In this document: positions 26,301 through 35,100 of the stretch, one piece after another | Layout: every line of letters starts with the position of its first letter | How positions within the stretch are numbered: the first letter of the stretch is position 1 | Source: Candidatus Parcubacteria bacterium | GTDB lineage: Bacteria > Patescibacteriota > Patescibacteriia > Patescibacteriales > UBA12075 | Reading direction: 5' to 3' | Length of the DNA: 64,000 nt | NCBI GenBank assembly: GCA_963827735.1 | Contig: CAWHBO010000003.1 | Coordinates: 252,676 to 316,675 of the forward strand | Notes under the pieces: model-generated | Database searches by the model: none | What the model was told of the DNA's origin: nothing | The model's input: only the letters and a program-made list of their open reading frames with translations | Program-made: the position numbers and the translations under genes

Positions 26301-29273
26301 TTACGTCTGCCTCGCCTCGCATATCCCCCGAAAATCGCAGTACTGGCACAGCAGGCTCGGCGTCGGCTCAAAATTTCCGGAACAAATTTTCTCAACCGTG
26401 TCTTTTGTTTCCATTTGAAATTTTTCCAGATCCTTGTCCTCTGCGGTAAAACTTTTCTTTTCGTTATTCTTGATATAGTAGAAAGTCAATTTAGAAGCGG
26501 TTTTACCAAGCGCGTCTTCCAAGGCCAGCTTATATAAGAATAGCTGTTTTTTCTGCTGATAATAAAATTTGTCCGGCGCCTCCCCCGTCTTGTAATCCAT
26601 GATTTCCAAGGTTCCGTCCGGCAAAATATCAACTCTATCTATCGTGCCTTTGAAGAAATACTTATCAAGTTTGGTTAAAAATTGCTTTTCCAGATACATG
26701 ACATTCGGCCAGCCGTTTTTTTCCAGATCGTCATAAAAAATTTCCAGAATGTTTTTTCCCAATTTGAAATATTCATCGCGGTCATGAACGGAATCGTAGC
26801 CTTCATCAATCCAATATTTTTTATATATTTCAAAAAGCTTCTGCTTGTCCGGGTGCGCCTTAGCTGAATTATTATCTCCGAACAAGCTCCCCTGATTAAA
26901 AGCGCCGGCTTCCAGAGGTGACAGAAAATCATGAAGAGTGTTATGAATCACGCGTCCAAAAGTAAACACCGGCCGCGCCGGGACGGGGATTTTCAGAATG
27001 AAATTAAATTTATACTGCAAGGGGCAATTGTTATACGCTTCAATCTGGGAAAATGAAAATTTCTTGGGCGCGTCGTAACCGTTCATCGGTTGCACCATCG
27101 GACTGTTGAAGCTTACGATATCCCTGAGGAGCTGATTGCTCTTGCTTTTGTTTCCGGAAAAATCCTCTGTGGCCAAGCCGGCTTCTGCAATGAAAACCGA
27201 CATCTTCTTTTCGGTCGCGCCGCCGTAATCTTTGGCGCCGGTTAAAAACAGCTTTTCTTTGGCTCTGGTCATCGCCACATAAAACAAGCGCCGCTCTTCT
27301 TCCAGATGCACGGCTTTCCCGGTCGGCAAGACTTCCCTGACAATCGCGTCGGGGATGGAAATTCGTTCGGCTCGGCTGATGCTTGGGAACTTTTTATCCA
27401 CGAGCCCGACCAGAAACACATGCTTGAATTCCAAGCCTTTGGCCGCGTGGACAGTCATGATCTTGACGGTATCGGCGTCTTCATAATCAAGCTTCAGGGC
27501 GCCGGTCTCGCCGGCGTCCATTTCCAGATCAAGATATGACATAAAATCTTTGAGCCGGGCCTTGGGCTCGTCCTGTTCAAATTTTTTCAGCTTCTGATAG
27601 AACTGGTTGAGCAGGCTGAAAAATTCCCGGTCCTTGTCAAAGTCTTTGCCTTGATGGAACTTCAGATCATAAACAATTTTTACAAACAGCCGGGCCGGAC
27701 TCATCACGGCGGCCGCTTCCGAATGATTTTTTATCTGGGCAAGGAGCGAACTGATGTTCTTCTGCGCCGCAAGACTAATATCCGTGATCGCGTAAATGTT
27801 CTCCAAAGATTCAAAGAGCGACCAATTCTTTCTGGCGCCATACCGGTTGATGTTGATGATGTCAGCGGGCCCGACGATAAAAGCCGGCATGTTCATGACC
27901 CGGAAAAGCGCGGACGATTCGTGATAATTGTCCAATAGTTTCAGGTATGCGATCAGATCCATGATGACCGGCTTGTAGTACAGCCCGCGCAAAGAAACAA
28001 AAGTGTTGGGAATGTTTTTGCGCCCAAGCTCGGCAACGTAGCCGTCAGCCTGGCTGTTAGCGCGGATCAGGATCGCGAAATCGGAGTAGTTTAAATTTTT
28101 ATCAGCCGCTTTCATTTCCAAGATCTTTTCAATCGCGAAGGCTTCTTCGTCGTGGCAGGAATTGAATCTGAGCACTGCAATTTCGCCCGCGCTTTTTGAC
28201 ATTGACTTGAGCCGTTTCTCAATTTTCAATTTCTCTTCCAAACGGTTGGGGTTGTTATGAGAAATAAATTCATGCGCGCTGTCCAGAATTGTCTGGCCGG
28301 AGCGGTAATTTTCCGTAAGCACCACTTCTTTCGCGTGAGGGTAATCGTCTTTGAACTGCATGATGTTGGACAGCGACGCGCCGCGGAATTTGTAAATGGC
28401 CTGGTCGTCGTCCCCCACCACGAATAGATTAGATTTTTCGCCGGCCAGGATCTTCACCAGTTCATACTGCGCCCAATTGGTATCTTGGAATTCATCCACC
28501 ATGATGTATTTGAACTTGTTCTGAAAAAACTTAAGAATGTTCGGGCGCTCTTTGAACAATCTTAAAGCGTGGTTGATCAGATCGCCGAAATCAAAATCGC
28601 CGCGCTTGAGCAAAAGCTGATTATAAAAATGATAGGCATTGGCCAATTCTTTTATTCTTTTGAAATCTTCTTCATTATTACTATCAACATCTTCGTCTGC
28701 TCCCTTTTTCTTCTTAGGAATGCCTTTGCTGCCGCTTAAGTTTTGATCTTGATTGGCCTCAAGTTCTTCCGCGTAATTGAGATATTCTTCCGGCGTGATG
28801 TTTTCATCTTTCAGGCGCGAAAAATGCTTGACGATCTCATATATAAATTTGTCCGGGTTCCCCAGGGGCTGATAGTAATCCAGGTTAAACTCGCTCAGAT
28901 GGTTTTTTATCAGCATCCACTGCTCCGTCTGATTGAGCAATTTAAAATCCGGACTGAGGCCGATGTCCAAGGCATGCTGTCTTAAAAGCCGTTCGCCGAA
29001 ACCGTGAAAGGTTGAAATCCAAAGATCCAGGCAGCCGTAGGGCAAAACTTCCAAAGCCCTGCCTTCCATTTCTCCCGCGCCTTTTTCCGTAAAAGTTAGA
29101 AGAAGTATCTCGTCTAGGCTAGCTTTTTTGCTATCTAATAAATATTTAAGGCGTTCAATGAGGACAGTTGTCTTTCCCGTGCCGGCGCCGGCAATGATAA
29201 GAGCCGGGCCGGCGTTATGTTTGACGGCTTGGGTTTGGGCGGAGTTTAATTTTTTTTGCAGTGATGCTGACAT
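26301..29273 (-). CDS. UvrD/PcrA-type helicase fused to a C-terminal PD-(D/E)xK (AddB/Cas4-like, 4-Cys) nuclease domain
   Basis: 990 aa with AGAGTGKT, DEFQDT, VGDDDQAIYKFRGA and TENYRS helicase motifs. The C-terminus has CPLQYKF ... IDRVD ... MDYKTG ... CQYCDFRGIC. Confidence 0.9.
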   Translation of the reverse strand: MSASLQKKLNSAQTQAVKHNAGPALIIAGAGTGKTTVLIERLKYLLDSKKASLDEILLLTFTEKGAGEMEGRALEVLPYGCLDLWISTFHGFGERLLRQHALDIGLSPDFKLLNQTEQWMLIKNHLSEFNLDYYQPLGNPDKFIYEIVKHFSRLKDENITPEEYLNYAEELEANQDQNLSGSKGIPKKKKGADEDVDSNNEEDFKRIKELANAYHFYNQLLLKRGDFDFGDLINHALRLFKERPNILKFFQNKFKYIMVDEFQDTNWAQYELVKILAGEKSNLFVVGDDDQAIYKFRGASLSNIMQFKDDYPHAKEVVLTENYRSGQTILDSAHEFISHNNPNRLEEKLKIEKRLKSMSKSAGEIAVLRFNSCHDEEAFAIEKILEMKAADKNLNYSDFAILIRANSQADGYVAELGRKNIPNTFVSLRGLYYKPVIMDLIAYLKLLDNYHESSALFRVMNMPAFIVGPADIININRYGARKNWSLFESLENIYAITDISLAAQKNISSLLAQIKNHSEAAAVMSPARLFVKIVYDLKFHQGKDFDKDREFFSLLNQFYQKLKKFEQDEPKARLKDFMSYLDLEMDAGETGALKLDYEDADTVKIMTVHAAKGLEFKHVFLVGLVDKKFPSISRAERISIPDAIVREVLPTGKAVHLEEERRLFYVAMTRAKEKLFLTGAKDYGGATEKKMSVFIAEAGLATEDFSGNKSKSNQLLRDIVSFNSPMVQPMNGYDAPKKFSFSQIEAYNNCPLQYKFNFILKIPVPARPVFTFGRVIHNTLHDFLSPLEAGAFNQGSLFGDNNSAKAHPDKQKLFEIYKKYWIDEGYDSVHDRDEYFKLGKNILEIFYDDLEKNGWPNVMYLEKQFLTKLDKYFFKGTIDRVDILPDGTLEIMDYKTGEAPDKFYYQQKKQLFLYKLALEDALGKTASKLTFYYIKNNEKKSFTAEDKDLEKFQMETKDTVEKICSGNFEPTPSLLCQYCDFRGICEARQT

Positions 29274-29340
29274 AATGAATAAATCTTACGACAAATTTTT
29301 TTTCCGGAATGACAAGAAAATGATTTTAAAATTGATAATA

Positions 29341-29575
29341 TAAAGCCGACTAAAGTCGGGTAGAAATAATATATATAATTTTATTATTATTTGATAAATT
29401 CCACCCCACTTTAGTGGGCTTTATTATAAAAAATTTTAAAACCATAAAGCCGACTGAAGTCGGGAAGAAATAATATATATAATTTTATTATTATTTGATA
29501 AATTCCACCCCACTTTAGTGGGCTTTATTATAAAAAAATTTAAAACCATTAAGCCGACTGAAGTCGGGAAGAAAT
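29341..29575. repeat. Tandem repeat, 104-bp period, about 2.3 copies, each with two small hairpins (B and A)
   Basis: B units (TAAAGCCGACT[A/G]AAGTCGGG) start at 29341, 29445 and 29549. A units (CCACCCCACTTTAGTGGGC) are at 29397 and 29501. The inter-unit sequences are identical between copies. Confidence 0.8.
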
Positions 29576-29596
29576 TTTTTATAAATTTTATGCCGT

Positions 29597-30226
29597 TTAC
29601 TTCTGGTATTCCAAAATCGCCTTCAACACCTTGCTGTCCTCCTTCAGCGCTTCCATATATACGACTTGGGCGCGGACGACGCTTAAGGCACCGTCCGGAC
29701 CGTGGGTTTCATTGCCTCTTTTTACCAAGCGAATGCTGGCGGTCTCGGGTTTTGTTTTGACAGTGGAGGAAGCGGCGTTTATCTGATCATAATCATAGTA
29801 CACGTTCGTGATGACCACCGGGTCAGAGCTTAAGTCGGCAATTTGGCCGTAATATGTTTCATTGCTCTGGAGTTTGACTGAATACCAGCCGGAATTCGCT
29901 TGAGGGCTGGTTTCAACTTTTGGCGTCTTGCGGTTATTAAAAAACATGAAATATCCGATCGTCAAAATCAAAAGCAAAAAAAGCGTGATGGTCGCTTTCT
30001 TATATACATCGCCTTCAAAGCGAGAACGCGCCGGCTGATTTATCTCATGCATCTTGTTTCTGATTGGCTCTTTTTCGTCCGCCGCCGCACCGAAGACTTC
30101 ATCAATGTCCTTGGCATGGCTTTCAAAAACTTTTCTGCGCGCGGGAAAACGCTCAGGAGGAGTTTCCTTCTTGGGCTGATTGCTGAATTTTTTTGATAAA
30201 TCGACTGTCTGCTGGAAGTCGGACAT
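29597..30226 (-). CDS. Hypothetical membrane-anchored protein
   Basis: About 209 aa from MSDFQQ, with one TM segment (ITLFLLLILTIGYFMFF) and an extracytoplasmic beta-rich domain. The ORF-track start (30244) lies inside the 62-bp repeat. Confidence 0.55.
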   Translation of the reverse strand: MSDFQQTVDLSKKFSNQPKKETPPERFPARRKVFESHAKDIDEVFGAAADEKEPIRNKMHEINQPARSRFEGDVYKKATITLFLLLILTIGYFMFFNNRKTPKVETSPQANSGWYSVKLQSNETYYGQIADLSSDPVVITNVYYDYDQINAASSTVKTKPETASIRLVKRGNETHGPDGALSVVRAQVVYMEALKEDSKVLKAILEYQK

Positions 30227-30237
30227 AACAACGTTTT

Positions 30238-30299
30238 TTGTCATCCCGGAATTTTTTTTGGAGCGTCAGCGAGAAAAAAAATATCCGGGATCCAGGGTT
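30238..30299. repeat. Solo copy of the 62-bp self-complementary unit
   Basis: Matches 3438-3499 in the same orientation. Confidence 0.8.
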
Positions 30300-30344
30300 T
30301 AAAGGTAAAATTTATGTTTATCAAATTATGTGGGTGAGGGGATT

Positions 30345-31256
30345 TTAACCCGCCGGCAGCTCAATCACCTCCACCTCCGGCTCTGTCTCTATCTGAACGG
30401 CCGTATCATCAACCGCCGCATCCGTTCCGGTAGCCGTCTCTGTTTCTGAAACATCAGCGGAATCAGCGTTATCAGAGAAATCAGCGTTATCAGCGCTATC
30501 AGCGTTCTCATCGCAAATATCCCCCAAGCCGTCATTGTCAAAATCTCCCTGGCTGGGGTTGAAGTTGTTCGGGCAATTGTCCAGTTCGCCCAGACTGCCG
30601 TCGCGATCAGGATCCATGCGGATGACGAATTCATCATATACGGAATTCAGGCTGTCAGACAAAAACTCTTCGGAAGAAGACGCGGTCCTCAGCGCAAATG
30701 TGATCTCCGGTGATGCGATTTCTGTCGTCTTGACGGCCGTATAGCCGGGAAAAACTTTTTCTGCCACGGCCAGAGTCTTTCCGATCAATCCACTATACTC
30801 TGTCACTTCCTGTCTGACCTCGGCTCCCGTTTCCTCCGCCTTAGCCTGCGCGTCTTTCAACTCTTTGACGCGCGCTTCATAGTCATCTCGGAATTCCTTG
30901 GCCAGATATGCTCCCAAATCTTCTTTGAGCCTCAAAGAAACTTTTCTGATTTTCTCATTGATCTGATACACCCAAGCATCGCTTACAACAACCAGGTCCA
31001 GACAGGTATATGTTATATAGTAGTATTTTTCGTCTTGTTCCACTTTTTCAATCCGAAAATCCATATCAAAAGCGTCAAGATCGACCGCTAAAAGCAAAGT
31101 GTTATCAATGCCCGTGATGCTCGTTTTTTCCTCGCCAATAAACTCTTGGCCGGCTTCAGTCTGGGCGAAAACCCCTGATGAAGCAAGCAAAAAAACCGCT
31201 AAGATAAGGACAGTAGCGTTGTTATACTTCAGAAAATGGATGATTCTTTGAAACAT
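30345..31256 (-). CDS. Secreted protein with a thrombospondin type-3-like Ca-binding repeat and an acidic tail
   Basis: 303 aa with a signal peptide (…SSGVFAQ). DPDRDGSLGELDNCPNNFNPSQGDFDNDGLGDICDEN matches the TSP3 DxDxDG...DNCP...Q.D.D.DG.GD.CD pattern. ADSADNADFSDNADSAD repeats follow. Confidence 0.7.
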   Translation of the reverse strand: MFQRIIHFLKYNNATVLILAVFLLASSGVFAQTEAGQEFIGEEKTSITGIDNTLLLAVDLDAFDMDFRIEKVEQDEKYYYITYTCLDLVVVSDAWVYQINEKIRKVSLRLKEDLGAYLAKEFRDDYEARVKELKDAQAKAEETGAEVRQEVTEYSGLIGKTLAVAEKVFPGYTAVKTTEIASPEITFALRTASSSEEFLSDSLNSVYDEFVIRMDPDRDGSLGELDNCPNNFNPSQGDFDNDGLGDICDENADSADNADFSDNADSADVSETETATGTDAAVDDTAVQIETEPEVEVIELPAG

Positions 31257-31338
31257 TGGGGTGCGTTATTTTACTTCTTTATTATACTATATATTGGTAT
31301 TATGTATCAAGCATTACTGGCGCAGGGATTTTATTTTT

Positions 31339-31989
31339 TTACATCCATAAATTTGCCAGATTATTCCGGTCGCGCTGCCATTTTTCAGGATTTTCAATAA
31401 TATATTGACGAATGTTGTCATATGAACTTTCATTGCGGATTATGCGGTCATAATACCTTGACTGCCAGGTGAAATTTGGGATTATTATTTTTGATCCATG
31501 TGTGACGGCTGATTTATATGAACCGATGATAACCGGCAACGATTTTGGTTTGGGTGATATTTTTTGCATTTTACACGATGTTGGATTTAATTCGTTATCC
31601 GCATTCGTTGCATAAATCATGGTGTTATCCAAATCCGCGTCCGTAGAGACGAGGCATGCCTCGTCTCTACACGGGGTGTTTTCCGCTGCATTTGCATTAT
31701 TGTTACACGTCATGTTATCAATCACCACAATCCCATGCACATGGTTCGGCATCACGATATGTTCATTCAAAATAACATTTTTAAAATGCTTTGAAATTTC
31801 TAGCCAATATTTATCTGCTAATTTCCCGATTTCATTCAAAACCATTTTCCCATCAACCACATTCCCGAAAAACATTTCCTTTTGATGCGTACAAATCGTG
31901 ACAAAATATAGTCCATCTTGCGAATAATCATATCCATCCATGCGCGCGGAATCTATACGGTATTTATTTTTAAATAAACCGTTTGACAT
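31339..31989 (-). CDS. REP-associated tyrosine transposase (RAYT, IS200/Y1-like)
   Basis: 216 aa with HUH (PNHVHGIVV) and WQSRYYDRIIRNE...YIIENPEKW motifs. The linker between them contains the REP palindrome. Confidence 0.85.
   Translation of the reverse strand: MSNGLFKNKYRIDSARMDGYDYSQDGLYFVTICTHQKEMFFGNVVDGKMVLNEIGKLADKYWLEISKHFKNVILNEHIVMPNHVHGIVVIDNMTCNNNANAAENTPCRDEACLVSTDADLDNTMIYATNADNELNPTSCKMQKISPKPKSLPVIIGSYKSAVTHGSKIIIPNFTWQSRYYDRIIRNESSYDNIRQYIIENPEKWQRDRNNLANLWM
31643..31670. repeat. 28-bp REP palindrome inside the RAYT ORF
   Basis: GTAGAGACGAGGCATGCCTCGTCTCTAC is a perfect palindrome, translated ...PCRDEACLVST.... Confidence 0.85.
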
Positions 31990-32083
31990 ATCCCTCCTTG
32001 ATTAATTTTATTTTTAATATTTTTATGTAGTTTGTAATTTTGCAACCGTTGGGCAAAATATATGCGGCGGCGGAATTTGCGAC

Positions 32084-32111
32084 GTAGAGACGAGGCATGC
32101 CTCGTCTCTAC
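32084..32111. repeat. 28-bp REP palindrome, second identical copy
   Basis: The same 28-mer lies between the LamG gene stop (32121) and the RAYT start (31989). Confidence 0.85.
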
Positions 32112-32120
32112 ACATGGGCA

Positions 32121-35100
32121 CTACTGGAATCTCACCGCCCCTCCCCCATACTCCATCTTAACCTGCTCCTCCGTCAAAGCATAATTCCAAATCTTAACAT
32201 CATCGATAAGGCCAGTTAAAAAGCTCATGCTTCCGGCGCGACTGCCGAAATAAAGAGGTTCATCACCAAAATTATTCGTGTTATCTGCGTTTACGATTCG
32301 ACTGGACGGCGTTTGAAGTATTCCATCTATATATAATTGATTTTCATTAATTCCATTGGCATTCTTATCACCAATATATACAAAATGATGCCAAACATCT
32401 ATTCTGGGAGTTGCCCAGCAATTAGCATTGTCTCCAACATTACCTCTGGTATATGCACCGATCGTTCCTGCCGGACAACCACCTATACCACTATCTACAT
32501 ATACCGCAAAACCATTATTAAATGAACTTGTATCAGTTGTAAGTTCAAAAAGACCTTCTATATTATCAAAACTTGATTTTTTAACCCAAAAAGAAAGTGA
32601 TATCGTAGGCGTACTGCTCAAATCAAAACTATTGATTAATGCATAATCACTCCCCCCATCAAAACTCCCCCCAGAATTGTTTTTCCCTACTCTTCCATTA
32701 TACCAAAAAGAATTAGACGAAGACGCGCAAGTCCCGGTCGCGGTGACACCGGTTGCGCCCAAGAAAAGCTGTCCATGATTGCCATTCCCTGAATCATCAT
32801 GAACAACCCCGCCCGCGCATTCATCAAACTTCCAATGCGCCACCGGCTTTCCGCCATTATAGTCCCAAGCGATTTGAGCAGGCGTGCGGGCGTAGTTGTA
32901 GATTTTGACATCGTCAAGAGATCCGTTATAACTATTCTGGCAGCTACTACCATTCCACTCTCCTCCAATACACAATTGATGTGTTGTATCTTTTAAATTA
33001 CCTGTAAATGCAACTGGAGTGGCAATACTTTTACCGTCTGAATATAAACGTATATACGATCCGTCATATACACCTGTAATATAATGCCATCCTTTCTCAA
33101 CAAATGAATCATCGCTCTCTACTCCATTTTCCGTATTGGATGAATTGGTTACCAAAAAGACAATACTTCCACCGGAACTAACCATTTCTCTATATAATGA
33201 CCACCCATAAAAACCACTTCTAAGTCTGTTTACAAAAATTTCATCATTTACAGTTAAATTATCAAAGTTGACCCAGACATTAACTGTTAAAGCCGACCCT
33301 TCTCCGATTGACTGATTTGTACTGTACACATAATCACCCCCATCAAAATCCAAAGCCCCACCCTTCTTCCCAACAAAATCCCAAGTGGCGCCGGTGATGG
33401 CGCCATTATTCCCATTCCCCGAAGTATCAAAGACAGTCCCGCCGGACAATTCATCAAACTTCATCTCCAAAACCGGCGGAGTGCAGACGGCCGTATCCCC
33501 CGGAATGCAATATTCTTTATTAGCGCCGGTCACGGCCGTGCCATTGTTATCGCGACTCGCGTCACTCCCCAAGACCGCCGCCTTGCCCAAATTATATTCC
33601 GCCTTTATTTCATCTTCATTCAAAGCAAAATTCCAGATTTTCACTTCGTCCATTAAACCATTCAAAGAACCATCTGAATAGCTATCATTTAAATAACCTA
33701 AATATACTGGATCATTATCATAAGTATTAGTGTGCACATAGTCATATATGCCTAACACCGTCTTATTAACCAGATCCCCATCTATATAAATTATAGTTTG
33801 TGCTTCTGCTGTGTCTTGATTTCTGTCCATAACTGCTATAACATTGTGCCACTGATTATCATCATATCTATTATTCGTACAATAAGCTGAATAGTTATCA
33901 GAAGACGATATCATGATTGTACAAATACTTCCAAGAGATGGTGGGTCATATCCGCTTGAGTTATCACTAATGTCAATAAAAAATCCATTCTCGCTTGCAT
34001 CAGGTGTCCAAGAATAAGTAAGAAAAATTTCCGGAGTATAAGAACTAATAGGTTGATGCTTCATCCAAAAAGAAACTGTAGCTATTTTTCCGGTTATATC
34101 AAGATTGGAAATAGTTTTTACACCATCATCCACCCCATCAAACTCCATCGCCCCTCCCAATTTTCCATCCTTGGTCCACATGGCGGAAGAAGCGGTATTG
34201 GCTCCGCCCGTGCCGGGCTGAAGCAGGCCGTCATTGCCAAAGATACTCGCGTCATGCGCCACCGCCCCATACCCTTCATCAAAACTCAAATGCAAAACCG
34301 GTGACTTCACCGCCAAATTCCCCGCATTCATGTCTTCCAAAATTTGTTTCTGCGTGCGGGCGTAATTATAGATGCGAACGTCGTCGATTAAACCGTCAAA
34401 TGGTAAATCAAGCGCGCCTCTATTTCCAATATTGATATCTAAACCGTTATTCCAATATTGTGTTCCTGGAATTCCAACAGTATCTTCGTATGTCATTATT
34501 CCATTAAGGTAAAACCTTAAATAACTTGAAGGTTCAAAAATGCCGACAACAAATGTCCATTCTTCCGGATTAGCATAAGCATATGATTGTCTAATGTTTG
34601 TTCCGTCAGCAGCAATGGTAAACGCGTATTCATCCGGTGAAGCTTCTCCTTCTACGCTTAATCCCCAAGCTCTCTGCCCGGAACCACCCATTTTACCGAT
34701 AACATACTGATTTGATGTCAGCGCCTCTCCATGTTTTATCCAGGCCGTAACAGTCATTCCGCCACTAATCATCAAATCATTTGGTTCACCAATATTTACA
34801 TAATCATCCACCCCATCAAAATCCAAAGCCCCGCCATACTTCCCCTGCGCCCAAGTGGCTCCGCTTATGCTTCCATGATTCCCGCCCGCAAAACTGGAAC
34901 TCGCCACCGAATCATAGGCGGTCGCGCCGGTCGCTTCATCAAATTTCCAATGAGCCACCGGCCCCGGCGCCCATTCATAAAGCTTTCTGATTTCATTTGC
35001 CGATAAAATTCGATTATAAATTCTGATTTCATCCATTTTTCCATTAAATTCATAATTAGTATCTTCTACCATTCCAATCATTAAATTATGGCTTGAATCA

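Noticed and set aside
29341-29575. Possible CRISPR array, given regularly spaced short palindromic repeats.
   Set aside because: The sequences between the repeats are identical from unit to unit, so this is a 104-bp tandem duplication rather than repeats with unique spacers. Only about 2.3 units are present and no cas genes lie nearby.
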